Positions 28,719-38,734 of a stretch of DNA of 64,000 bases are shown here, piece by piece. The stretch's first letter is position 1, and the number at the start of each line of letters is the position of its first letter. The position numbers and the translations under genes were made by a program. The DNA is from Thermoanaerobaculia bacterium (lineage in GTDB: Bacteria; Acidobacteriota; Thermoanaerobaculia; Multivoradales; Multivoraceae), in NCBI GenBank assembly GCA_035546295.1, contig DATKBT010000052.1, forward strand, positions 36,032 through 100,031. The letters run 5' to 3'. The notes beneath the pieces were generated by a model. That model ran no database searches. It saw only the letters and a program-made list of their open reading frames with translations, and had not been told where the DNA came from.

Positions 28719-29063
28719 CTACTTCTCGGCCGGGTCGGTGCCGGGCCTGTAGAGCGGAATCGGAAAGGGGGTCACCGATCCGGCCTCGGCCTCGGGCTTC
28801 CGGATCCTCGCGGTGCCCTCCTTCTCGACCTCGTCGATGCGCAGGACGGCGTGCATCGGGAGGTGGGTGCGCTTCACGCCGGCGAACTCGTGCTTGAGGC
28901 GCTCCTCGGACGGATCGACGACGACCTGGGACCTCTCGCCGAAGACGATGTCCTCGACCTCCACGAATCCGAACAGCGATCCCTGCGAGACGCCGCGTGC
29001 ATAGATCTCGTACACCTGCCCCTGGGTGAGGAAGCTGATCCGGAAGATGCGGCCATCCGTCAC
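28719..29063 (-). CDS. DUF1820 family protein, probable GTG start
   Basis: RIFRISFLTQGQVYEIYARGVSQGSLFGFVEVEDIVFGERSQVVVDPSEERLKHEFAGVKRTHLPMHAVLRIDEV. Confidence 0.5.
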   Translation of the reverse strand: MTDGRIFRISFLTQGQVYEIYARGVSQGSLFGFVEVEDIVFGERSQVVVDPSEERLKHEFAGVKRTHLPMHAVLRIDEVEKEGTARIRKPEAEAGSVTPFPIPLYRPGTDPAEK

Positions 29064-29082
29064 CGCGGCACCTCGGCGGGCA

Positions 29083-30867
29083 CTAGCTCTGCTGGATCTT
29101 TTCGAAGGCGGCAGCCAGCGCACCGAGGCCGCTCTTCGAGGTGTGCTTCTTCTGGTATTCGCGAAGGTCGGACTTGGTGCCCTCGAGCTTCGAGCCGACC
29201 GGCGCCAGCGAGATCCGGCGGCGCTTGGTGTCGATCGCGTCGATCACCACCTCGACCGCATCGCCGGGGCGGAACTGCCGGGTCGGCCGCGGCCCCTGGA
29301 CCTCGGGCAGCGAGGAGAAGGGGAGGAGGCCGGTGAGGCCGGGCTCGATCTCCACGAAGACCCCGAAACGAGCCACCTGCTCGACCCGGCCGGTGACCAC
29401 GTGGCCCTCGGTGTAACGGGACTTGATGTCCGACCAGGGATTCGTCTGGGCGACCTCGCGCAGCGACAGGGAGAGCCGGCGCCGCTCGGGATCGACCTCG
29501 CGAACCCAACCCCCGATCATCTGCCCCTCGGCGTAGTCGGGGGAGTCCATGCTCTTTCCCAGCTCGAGGTTGGAGGAGTGGACCAGGCCCTCGAGCCCGT
29601 CGCCGACGTCGACGAAGAGACCGAAGTCGGCCTTGCGCAGGATCGTGCCCTCGAACTTCGATCCGGTGTCGAACTTCTGGGTGACCGTGTGCCACGGATC
29701 GGGCTCGAGCGCCTTCATCGAGAGCGAGATGCGATCGCCGCCCTTCTCGATCTTGAGCACCTTCACCTGCACGTCCTGACCGACCTGGACCACCTCCCGC
29801 GCGTTCTCGACTCGCCGGCGGCTGAGCTGGGAGAGGTGGACCAGCCCCTCGAGGCCTCCGCCGACGTCGACGAACGCGCCGAAGTCGGTGATCGACGTGA
29901 CCTTGCCCTCGATCGCGTCGCCCGAGGCCTTCTTCTGCCGGAGCTGCTCGATCGCCGCCTCCCGGTCCTCGATCAGCACCCGACGCCGGGTCAGCACGAC
30001 CCGCTTCCCGTGGTCCTTGATCTCCAAGACCCGGAACTTGAACGTGCGGTCGACGTAGGCGGCGGCGCGCTTCGGGTTGTCGATCTCGATCTGGGACTTC
30101 GGACAGAACGCCGGAACACCGTTGATGACGACGTGGAAGCCCCCCTTGTTCCAGCCGATCACCCTGCCCTCGAGCCGCTGGCCGCTCTCGTGCGCGTTCA
30201 GGACAGCCTCGAGCTGCGGGCTCGCGGGCGCCAGGGCGCCCTCCTCCTCGCCGTCCGCCGAGGGCGCGCCAGCCTCGACCGGCGGTTCCTTCTCGGCAGC
30301 GGTTTGGATGCTGGCGTTGGGAGCCTCGGCGGCGGCCTCCCCGCGATCCGAGTCTCCAGGCGACGCCGCGCTCGCGTCGGTCTCCGGCGTGCTCGCGACC
30401 GCGGTTTCGCCCCGTTTGCCGGCGCCGGCCTCCTCTGCGCTCGCGCTCTCCGCTTCTTCGCCCGGGGCGGCTTCGACCGTGCTCGCCGCAGTGGTCTCGG
30501 CCCGTTCGCCGGCATCGGGCTTCTGCTCTGCGCCTCCCTCTGCACCGTTGTCTGCAGCTTCGGCGTCCGCCGCTTCCGCGGCTTCGGAGACCGCCGCGAC
30601 TTCCGGCTCCTGCGGGGCGGGCTCGGCACTCTCGTCGGCGTCCGGGCCCGTCGTGCGATCGCCGTCGGTGTCGCCGATCGCCATCGTCGATGCCTTCTCG
30701 GAGCTCTCCTCGTCGCCCTGCTCGGCGGCCGGCGGCTCGGAGCTCGCGTCCGCGGTCTGCTGGACCCCGTCCTCCGCCGCGTTCACCTCCGCTGCAGCGC
30801 CGCTCTCGTCCTCGGCGGACGAAGCGAGGTTGGCAGCCGCTTCCGTTGCGGCTTCAGGCTTGGACAT
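29083..30867 (-). CDS. S1 RNA-binding domain protein (four S1 domains, RpsA-like) with ~230-aa acidic low-complexity N-terminus
   Basis: Four repeats of the G-x-V...GL.HxS S1 pattern. N-terminal A/E/S/G-rich disordered region. Confidence 0.75.
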   Translation of the reverse strand: MSKPEAATEAAANLASSAEDESGAAAEVNAAEDGVQQTADASSEPPAAEQGDEESSEKASTMAIGDTDGDRTTGPDADESAEPAPQEPEVAAVSEAAEAADAEAADNGAEGGAEQKPDAGERAETTAASTVEAAPGEEAESASAEEAGAGKRGETAVASTPETDASAASPGDSDRGEAAAEAPNASIQTAAEKEPPVEAGAPSADGEEEGALAPASPQLEAVLNAHESGQRLEGRVIGWNKGGFHVVINGVPAFCPKSQIEIDNPKRAAAYVDRTFKFRVLEIKDHGKRVVLTRRRVLIEDREAAIEQLRQKKASGDAIEGKVTSITDFGAFVDVGGGLEGLVHLSQLSRRRVENAREVVQVGQDVQVKVLKIEKGGDRISLSMKALEPDPWHTVTQKFDTGSKFEGTILRKADFGLFVDVGDGLEGLVHSSNLELGKSMDSPDYAEGQMIGGWVREVDPERRRLSLSLREVAQTNPWSDIKSRYTEGHVVTGRVEQVARFGVFVEIEPGLTGLLPFSSLPEVQGPRPTRQFRPGDAVEVVIDAIDTKRRRISLAPVGSKLEGTKSDLREYQKKHTSKSGLGALAAAFEKIQQS

Positions 30868-31065
30868 GGTCGGCTCCGGTTCGGGATTCGGGAGGAGGGG
30901 GCGGGCGGGCGGGACGAGCCCAGGAGGCTTCTATCCTAACCGATCGATCCCGGTCCGGTCGCGGTTTCGGTTCGCTAGGTGAGGGCGATCAGAGATGTTC
31001 CGCATCAAAGAAAAACGGCCCCGCCGTAGCGGGGCCGGATCGGATCGAGCCGAGCTCGGCGTCAC

Positions 31066-31527
31066 TCAGCCGATGCTGATCTTGCGGCTCTTGGCCTCCT
31101 CGTTCTTGGGGATGGTGATGGTCAGCACCCCGTCTGCGAAAGCGGCCTTGACCTTGCCGCTGTTCACGTTCGACGGCAGCTGGAAGGTGCGCGAGAACTT
31201 GCCATAGCTGCGCTCGATGCGGTTGAAGGTCTCGCCCTCTTCCGTCGAGTCGAAGCGACGCTCGCCGGTCACCGTCAGGGTCTGGTTCTCGACGGTCAGT
31301 TCGATGTCGTCCTTCTTGAGCCCCGGCAGATCGACCTTGATCAGGAAGCGATCGGTCGTCTGCGACAGGTCGACCGACGGGAACCAACCGCTCCTCTGGT
31401 CGGTGCGCCCGCGCAGCCACGAGGGTCCGAAGAAGCTGTCGTCGAAGAACTGCTCCCAGACGTTGGGGATCGGCGAGGTAGAAGTCTGGCTGCGGGTGAG
31501 ATTGGTGTTGGCTTGAGCCTGGGTCAT
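31066..31527 (-). CDS. Hsp20/alpha-crystallin family small heat-shock protein
   Basis: FPSVDLSQTTDRFLIKVDLPGLKKDDIELTVENQTLTVTGER...AFADGVLTITIPK. Confidence 0.85.
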   Translation of the reverse strand: MTQAQANTNLTRSQTSTSPIPNVWEQFFDDSFFGPSWLRGRTDQRSGWFPSVDLSQTTDRFLIKVDLPGLKKDDIELTVENQTLTVTGERRFDSTEEGETFNRIERSYGKFSRTFQLPSNVNSGKVKAAFADGVLTITIPKNEEAKSRKISIG

Positions 31528-31916
31528 GGTGCGTTCTCCTTCATCCGTTGGTTTTCGAAAGGCGGGGCCGACGGAGAGATCTCGGTCGGCGCCGCTGTGG
31601 GATGGCGTTGTGGGGTCGAGTGCTCGGCGACGGACTCCCGGGCGAGGCGCCAGCGCGTCCGACGACATCGATCGCCGACGATCGATTCAACAGAGAGGAT
31701 GCCATCGATTCCATGATCTGTCAAGCTCTTTGTCATATTCCAAGAATATGCTCTGTGCAATAGCAGATATTGTCCCAGCGCTCCTGCGCGAGGAGGACCG
31801 CCCCGGCCCCCTCCGGATCGATCCGCAATGCAATCAATGGTGAGAGGCGAACCTCTCGGTTCTCGCCGGTAGGGAGAGGGGAGCAGGCAGAGCCGCCGAC
31901 CCCTCGCCGCCCGCCC

Positions 31917-32678
31917 TCAGCTCGCCAGAGACTCCACCGCGGCCGAGAGCGCGGGTCCGATCTCGCCGTGGATGACGACCTCGGCTCTCGCGTCGAGATC
32001 GGTGCGCTCTCGGTTGACGATGGCGAGCCTGGCGCCGCTCTCGAGCGCGAGTCGGGGGAAACCGGCCGCCGGATAGACCCGGAGCGAGGTTCCCAGCACC
32101 AGGAAGGCGTCACAGGCCGAAGTCTCGGCCTCGGCGGCGCGCATCGCGTCCTCGGGCATCGGCTGCCCGAAGGAGATCGTGGCGCTCTTGATCCAGCCGC
32201 CGCACGAGCAGGCGGGCGGCTCGTCGCTGGCCCGAAAATGTTCGAGGAGCGGCGGGATCTCGTAGCGCTCGGCACAGTCGAGGCAGGTCGCGTAGGTCGC
32301 GTTGCCGTGCAACTCGATCACCTGCTCGCCCGGGACGCCGGAGGCCTGGTGCAGGCCGTCGACGTTCTGGGTGATCACGCTGCTCAGGACTCCGTGCCGG
32401 TGCAGCACGGCCAGCGCCTCGTGCCCGCGGTTCGGACGCGCGGCCCCGAGAGTGTCGCCGGTCCCGATGCGGCGCCGCCACGTTTCGCGCCGCGCCTCCT
32501 GCGAGCTCAGGAACTCGCGGAAGTCGATCGGCCGGTAGCGCGACCAGATGCCGCCGGGACTGCGGAAGTCCGGGATTCCGGACTCGGTGCTGATGCCGGC
32601 GCCCGTGAACGCGACCAGCCGCCGGCTCTCGGCGATCAGGCGGCCGAGCCCTTCGACCGCTGGCTCCGAGCTCTTCAC
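31917..32678 (-). CDS. NAD-dependent protein deacylase, Sir2 family (CobB-like), GTG start
   Basis: GAGISTESGIPDFR, QNVDGLH, and the zinc ribbon CLDC...CSCGG. Confidence 0.75.
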   Translation of the reverse strand: MKSSEPAVEGLGRLIAESRRLVAFTGAGISTESGIPDFRSPGGIWSRYRPIDFREFLSSQEARRETWRRRIGTGDTLGAARPNRGHEALAVLHRHGVLSSVITQNVDGLHQASGVPGEQVIELHGNATYATCLDCAERYEIPPLLEHFRASDEPPACSCGGWIKSATISFGQPMPEDAMRAAEAETSACDAFLVLGTSLRVYPAAGFPRLALESGARLAIVNRERTDLDARAEVVIHGEIGPALSAAVESLAS

Positions 32679-33007
32679 CGGAGGCCGTCCCGGCGCTCGG
32701 GAGGTCGTCGATCGAGCCGGTGACGGAGCGACCGGAGGAGCTCGGAGGACGTGCGGAGCCAGGCGCCGCGCAGCATCGGCGGATCGTACCAGCCCGCCGG
32801 CAGCGGTCCGCCGGCTGCGGCGCGCACGGCCTCGGGCCCGCAGACCGCTGTAGTAAGCTTCGCGGCCCGTTCGCGCCTCGAGCGGCTCGGTCTCCGCCCG
32901 GGCGGGGTCTCCTCCCCTCAGCCTTGGGCAGCAGCGCACGACCGGCCGTTCGCCACTCGTTTTCGCCCTTTCTTGCCGCTTCAGGGAGGGGCCGAGGATC
33001 CCGCGCC

Positions 33008-33838
33008 ATGTCCATCCAGCGCTTCAGCGGAACCGACACCTACCTGGTCACCCCCGAGCTGCGCGACGCCGTCAACGTCGCGATCGCGCTCGAAAAGCCG
33101 CTCCTGATCCGAGGCGAGCCGGGAACCGGCAAGACTGTCCTGGCGGAGGCGATCGCCGAGAACCTGGTGATGGAGCTCCTGACCTGGCACATCAAGTCGA
33201 CGACGACAGCCCAGGAGGGGCTCTACGTCTACGACACGGTTCAGCGGCTCAACGACGCCCGCTTCGGCGACAAGGACATCGGCGACATCCGCCAGTACAT
33301 CAGATACGGCCCCCTCGGCCGCTCCTTCACCAGCGACCAGCGCGTGGTGCTGCTCATCGACGAGATCGACAAGGCGGACATGGAGTTCCCGAACGACCTC
33401 CTCCACGAGCTCGACCGGATGAGCTTCGCGGTCAGCGAGACCGGCGAGCGGTTCACGGCCGTGCAGCGTCCGATCGTGGTCATCACGTCCAACAACGAGA
33501 AGGAGCTCCCCGACGCGTTCCTTCGCCGCTGCGTCTTCCACTACATCGCGTTCCCCGACAAGGCGACGATGGCCGACATCGTCCGCGTCCATCACCCCGA
33601 CGTCGAGGACGAGCTGCTCCACCAGGTGATGCTGCGCTTCTACTGGCTGCGTGACCTTCCCGACATCAGGAAGCGCCCGTCGACCAGCGAGCTGATCGAC
33701 TGGATCGCGGCGCTGCGTCGAGGCGGCATCTCGACCGAGCGCATCGAGCAGGAGCTCCCCTTCCTGGGCGTGCTCATGAAGCGCGAGAGCGACCTCGAGG
33801 CGGCCACCGCCGCCCATCGCAGGGGCAGGATCAACTGA
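33008..33838 (+). CDS. MoxR-family AAA+ ATPase
   Basis: Walker A GEPGTGKT, Walker B VLLIDEIDKA, sensor region ITSNNEKELPDAFLRR. Confidence 0.8.
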   Translation: MSIQRFSGTDTYLVTPELRDAVNVAIALEKPLLIRGEPGTGKTVLAEAIAENLVMELLTWHIKSTTTAQEGLYVYDTVQRLNDARFGDKDIGDIRQYIRYGPLGRSFTSDQRVVLLIDEIDKADMEFPNDLLHELDRMSFAVSETGERFTAVQRPIVVITSNNEKELPDAFLRRCVFHYIAFPDKATMADIVRVHHPDVEDELLHQVMLRFYWLRDLPDIRKRPSTSELIDWIAALRRGGISTERIEQELPFLGVLMKRESDLEAATAAHRRGRIN

Positions 33839-34021
33839 CGCCGGCGGCGTCCCGTAGGGGCCCGCCTCGGTGTTGGCCGATCCCCCGCACGATCCCGCAC
33901 GGGGGCGCCCGTCACTCCGCCCGTCCGGATCGGCCGGCCTTCCGGTCGGCCGATCGCTCCGACCACTCCGAGACGGCAGGCGACCGACGAACGAGGAGGG
34001 CCTAACGGCTATAGTCCCGCC

Positions 34022-35212
34022 ATGTTCGCCGACTTCTTCTACCACCTGCGGGGCTACGGTCTGAAGGTGACGATCACCGAGTGGCTGACCCTGATGCGGG
34101 CGCTGGCCGGCGGGCATTCGCGCGCCGATCTGTCGGTGTTCTACCACCTGGCCCGGGCCCTGCTCGTCAAGCGGGAGTCGGACTACGACACCTACGACCG
34201 GGCCTTTTCGTCGTTCTTTCTCGGCCTCGAGGACCACTTCGGCGTCGACGAGGCCCTGCTCGAGTGGCTGTCGAACCCGATCCTCCCCGAGATCAGCGAC
34301 GAGGACCGGGCGAAGCTCGAGGAGCTGTCGCTCGAGGAGCTGCGCCAGCGGTTCCTCGAGCGCCTCGCCGAGCAGGACGAGCGTCACGACGGCGGCAACA
34401 AGTGGATCGGCACCGGCGGGACGTCGCCGTTCGGCCATGGCGGCGAGCATCCGACCGGCATCCGCGTCGGCGGCGGGGGCGGAGGGCGCAGCGCGGTGCA
34501 GGTCGCAGGCTCACGGCAGTTCCGCAACCTGCGCAACGACCGGATCCTCGACACCCGGTCGATCGGAGTCGCGCTGCGGCGCCTCAAAAGGCTGCAGAAG
34601 GACGACGGCCCCGAGGAGCTCGACCTCGACCGGACGATCGATCAGAGCGCCCGCAACGGCGGCGAGATCGAGTTGGTGTTCACGCCGCCGAGGCGCAACC
34701 GCATCAAGCTCCTGCTGTTGATGGACGTCGGCGGCTCGATGGATCCACACACGCTGCTCTGCGAGCGGCTGTTCAGCGCCGCCCACGCCGCCAATCACTT
34801 CAAGAAGTTCGAGCACCGCTTCTTCCACAACTGCGTCTACGAGCGCCTCTACACCGACATCGCACGCTGGCGGGGGGAGCCGACCTCGCAGGTGCTCAAG
34901 AACCTCGACCACACCTGGTCGGTGGTGTTCGTCGGCGACGCCTGGATGAGCCCGTACGAGCTCACCCACTCCGGCGGAGCCATCGACTACGGGTACAGGA
35001 ACAACGACACCGGTCTCACCTGGCTGCGCCGGATCCGCGAGCGCTGCCCCAGCTCGGTCTGGCTCAACCCCGAGCCCAGGAAGATCTGGAACGCCCCGAC
35101 GATCCACCTGATCCGCCAGCTCTTCCCGATGTACCCGCTCACCATCGACGGCCTCACCGAGGCGATCGACGTGCTGCGCGGCATCCGGCCGAACCGGGCC
35201 CTGGCGGCGTAG
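34022..35212 (+). CDS. VWA domain protein (CoxE-like partner of MoxR ATPase)
   Basis: MIDAS motif LLLLMDVGGSMD; position immediately downstream of MoxR. Confidence 0.75.
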   Translation: MFADFFYHLRGYGLKVTITEWLTLMRALAGGHSRADLSVFYHLARALLVKRESDYDTYDRAFSSFFLGLEDHFGVDEALLEWLSNPILPEISDEDRAKLEELSLEELRQRFLERLAEQDERHDGGNKWIGTGGTSPFGHGGEHPTGIRVGGGGGGRSAVQVAGSRQFRNLRNDRILDTRSIGVALRRLKRLQKDDGPEELDLDRTIDQSARNGGEIELVFTPPRRNRIKLLLLMDVGGSMDPHTLLCERLFSAAHAANHFKKFEHRFFHNCVYERLYTDIARWRGEPTSQVLKNLDHTWSVVFVGDAWMSPYELTHSGGAIDYGYRNNDTGLTWLRRIRERCPSSVWLNPEPRKIWNAPTIHLIRQLFPMYPLTIDGLTEAIDVLRGIRPNRALAA

Positions 35213-35393
35213 CGCAGGCTGAGAGCGCGCTGTGCCGGCTCGAAGGCGGGCCGCGCCGGAAACAATCCGCTTCCCGGCCTCGTTCTCCCGGGTGGGAGAC
35301 ACCGACCGACGGTGCAGAGAGGATACGAGAGGATGCGGAGAGGATGATGCAAAGGATCCTGCGGATCCCGACAGCAACCGACGGGGGAGGAAG

Positions 35394-36242
35394 ATGAACG
35401 AGCTCGACGATCTGGAGATTCGCTCCGACGACGCGGACGTGGCGTCCGGCGACGAGAGATCCTCGGGCGGCCGCTCGTCGAATGCCCTCTGGTTCGTGCT
35501 CGCGGGCCTGCTGATCGGTCTCGCCGCAGCGGCGGCGTGGTGGTGGTGGCCGCGCGGCGCCGGCGAGGCGACGATCGCGGAGGACGAAGCTTCAGGGATC
35601 GCCGAGCCGGCGGACGGGTGGGCGCCGGTCGAGGAGAACGCCGCCCTCGACCCCGACCTGCCGCCGCTCGAGCAGAGCGACCCCTTCGTGCGCGAGCTGG
35701 TGGGAACCCTCTCGTCGCACCCCAACGTCGCCGCCTGGATCGCCACCGACGGTCTGGTCGACCGCTTCACCAAGGCCGTCTCCAACGTCGCGTACGACGA
35801 GGACCCGGCGTCGCACCTTCCCTTTCTGCGCCCTTCCGGCAGGTTCTCGGTGAACACGGGCGAAGAAGGGGCGGTGGTGATCGACCCCGCCTCTTACGCG
35901 CGCTACGACCTGCTGGCCGACGTCGTCGTCTCGCTCGACACCGAAGGCTCGGTGGCCATCTACCGCAAGCTGCTCCCCCTGTTCGAGTCTTCCTACCAGG
36001 AGCTGGGGATGCCGGGGGACTTCCGCGACGCCCTGCGCCGAGCGATCGCGAAGGTGCTGGCGACGCCCACCCTGCCAGGCGAGATCGCGGTGCGCGAGGA
36101 AACCCTCGCCTACCGGTATCAGAACGCCGAGCTCGAGGCGCTCTCTCCGGCGCAGAAGCTGCTCCTGCGCTCCGGCTCGCGCAACGTCGCGCGAGTCAAG
36201 GCCAAGGTCCGCGAGATCGCGGACGCCGCCGGGCTCCTGTAG
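35394..36242 (+). CDS. DUF3014-like membrane-anchored protein
   Basis: N-terminal TM LWFVLAGLLIGLAAAAAWWWW, then a conserved DPFVRELVGTLSSHPNVAAWIATDGLVDRF region. Confidence 0.55.
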   Translation: MNELDDLEIRSDDADVASGDERSSGGRSSNALWFVLAGLLIGLAAAAAWWWWPRGAGEATIAEDEASGIAEPADGWAPVEENAALDPDLPPLEQSDPFVRELVGTLSSHPNVAAWIATDGLVDRFTKAVSNVAYDEDPASHLPFLRPSGRFSVNTGEEGAVVIDPASYARYDLLADVVVSLDTEGSVAIYRKLLPLFESSYQELGMPGDFRDALRRAIAKVLATPTLPGEIAVREETLAYRYQNAELEALSPAQKLLLRSGSRNVARVKAKVREIADAAGLL

Positions 36243-36726
36243 CGATCAGGTTCCCCTCGGCCGCAGCGTTTTCCGAGCCGGCCACGCCTCAGCCTCGTGG
36301 TCGCGGCGGTGGAGCTCTCTCCACCGGCAAGCGTCGCCGAGTGCGGCCTGGCGCAGGCGGGGAGAGGGTCCCATCCCCGCGGTCCGCGGACGGAACCCGC
36401 TCGCCGTGTCGAGGCGGGGACCGCCGCGCCAATCCTGGGCCTCGCGTCAGAGGCCTCCGGAGATCGATCGCTCGGCGGATCAGGGACGCCCGGGCGGTGG
36501 CGACTCGAGCCTGTAGCCGAGGGCCCGCGCGACGTCCAGGAGGTTGGCGATCACCGTGCCGTCGACGATCGTGCCGTCACGCACCGGAAGCTCAGGGGTG
36601 TCTGGAGGGTTTCTGGACGGCAGAGGCCGCCGAGCGTATCCGTCACGACGCCGATCGCCGGCGATCTCTGTTCCCCGACGTCGCCTATTCGCTCGAAGAG
36701 CTGATCGCGGAGGGGGAGCGTAGCCG

Positions 36727-36856
36727 GGCCCGCCTGCGGGCTTGCGGCGCACCGAGTGATCGGCTGCCGGGCTCGTGGTATGACCACGCCGCGCGCTCTC
36801 GCGGCTCGTTTGGAGAGTGGTGACCGCCACGAGCCCGCGGGGCTTCGTCTCGCGAC
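36727..36856 (+). repeat. Copy B (truncated, 3-prime half only) of the structured intergenic repeat
   Basis: Aligns to the 3-prime ~120 nt of 56911..57131 (gcttgcggcgc...ggctcgtggtatgacc...gagtggtgacc(g/a)ccacgagcccgc). Confidence 0.5.
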
Positions 36857-36905
36857 CCGAGGGACGGCTGTTCGAGACAAAGGCATTCGAGAGGAGCGGT
36901 TCCAG

Positions 36906-38515
36906 GTGAGAGAACACCCTTCGAGGAAGAGACCCGGGCTCCGATTCGCGGCCCAGGCACTGATGGTCGGGCTGGCGCTCGGCGCCTGTGCCCGGTCCAC
37001 GCCTCCGGTCGGGAGCAGCGCGGAGCTCGATCTCGTGGTCGACGAGTACCTCGCTCGCGGCTCGGCGCGCAGCGACTGGAGCTGGGATTCCCTGCTGGCG
37101 GGGGAGTTGCCCGATCTCTCACCGGAGCGGTTCGAGCACGGAATCGAGGAGCGCCGCCGGCTCCTCGAGCGCGCTCGCTCGATCGCGTCCGAGGACCTCA
37201 CGCCGCCCGAGCGCACCGATCGCAGAGCCTTGATCGCCCTCCTGGAGGGCGCCATCCACGACGCCGAGCGGGAGCGGCGATGGGAGAGCGAGCCTTCGCT
37301 CTACCTCCCTGCCGGCAGGGTCGCGCCAGCCTTCGCCGTCCGCCCGAGCGCTCGACCCGGGAGCGATCTTCCAGGCGCGATCGACGATCGAGAGCCTGCG
37401 CTCCCGCCTCGCCGGCCTCGCCGATCCGGAGCTCGTCGGAGCCACCGAGCGTGCCCTGGTCGAGCTCGAGGAGCATCTGAGGTTTCTCGAGGAGGACCTC
37501 CTGCCCCGCTCGGACGGGTGAGTGGGCCATCGGCAAGGAGCACTACGACTTCACCCTGCAGCACCGCTGGCTGCTGGACGCCGACGCGGACGAGATCCTC
37601 GCCGTCGGGCGAGAGGTGTTCGAGCGCACGGTCGCCGAGGCGCAGGAGGTGGCGCAGCGCATCCAGCCCGGCAGCGACTGGGTCACGGTCTACGAGTCGC
37701 TCAAGGACGACCATCCGCCGGCCGACGGACTGAAGGCCGCCTACCAGGAGCAGATGGACGCTGCGAAGCAGTTCCTGATCGAGCACCGCGTGGTGACCCT
37801 GCCGGAGGGAGAAGAGGTCGTCACCGTGGATACTCCTCCCGCGATGCGTCGCTCCTCGCCCTACGGCACCTTCGACTCGGTCTACCCCGACGACGACGAG
37901 CTCCTGGGGAGGCTGGTGCTGACGCCGATCGAGGACTGGCTCACGCCTGAGCAGCGGCGCGAGCGCCTGCGTGCCCACCACCGTTCGTGGATCCCCCTGA
38001 TCGCCGTCCACGAGGCCTACCCCGGTCACCACGTGCACGCGCTCGAGACCTACCAGAACCCGCGCAAGCGCCACCACGTCCGCGAGGCGATCTTCTCCAA
38101 AGGCTGGGGGCTCTACACCGAGCAGCTGATGTGGGATCTCGGCTTCCTGCACGGCGACGACGTCGAGCTGACGAAGCTCCGCAATCGTCTCTGGAGGGCG
38201 GCGCGCGTGATCCTCGACGTGAGCCTCCACACCGGCAGGATGACCTTCGACGAGGCCGTCGACTTTCTGGTCGAGCGAGTGCGCTTCGACCGCCTCGCGG
38301 CCGAGCTCGAGGTCGGCATCTACGTCGAACGCCCCACCTACGTCCTCGGCTATCTCATCGGCATGCTCGAGATCGAGAAGATGTGCCGCGAGTGGGTCGA
38401 GAAGAACGGCGAGCCCGCCGAGCCTCGCCAGCTCTACGACGCCCTGCTGAGAATCGGATCCCTGCCGCCGGCGCTGGTTCGCGCCGAGCTGTTGGGGGAG
38501 GAGCCGCCGCCGTAG
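36906..38515 (+). pseudogene. DUF885 family lipoprotein gene disrupted by two +1 frameshifts (~37340 and ~37520)
   Basis: Lipobox LALGAC start in frame 0, middle segment in frame 1 ending RSDG-stop at 37519-37521, C-terminal 300 aa in frame 2 (ORF 37616..38515) with HEAYPGHH zinc motif. Joined sequence RSDG/EWAIGKEHYDF is contiguous in intact DUF885 proteins. Confidence 0.6.
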
Positions 38516-38734
38516 CGCCTTTCCCCGGGGCCCCGGTCAGTGCGGCTCGCGATCGTGTCGTCGACCGTCGTTTCGGCCCGAAACATCCTGCGCGGGCCCG
38601 CGTCGTCTCGCCGGCCGTGAGCGCGTCCAGAAGGGGACGCTCGCTCTCGGTTCACGACAACCGGGTCGCGCGTCGCGATCGCCGTTCACGCGCTTGGCCC
38701 GCGGAGGGTCGCGGGCGCCAGGGGCCGCGGTCTC

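Noticed and set aside
31917-32678. Sir2-domain protein as a Thoeris- or DSR-like defence effector
   Set aside because: CobB-like zinc ribbon and length, no TIR, SLOG or other effector partner, and housekeeping-type neighbours. Treated as an ordinary NAD-dependent deacylase.
36297-36704. 135-aa plus-strand ORF between DUF3014 and the DUF885 gene, and minus ORF 36480..36917
   Set aside because: Low-complexity translations overlapping the truncated repeat copy B. No motif support.
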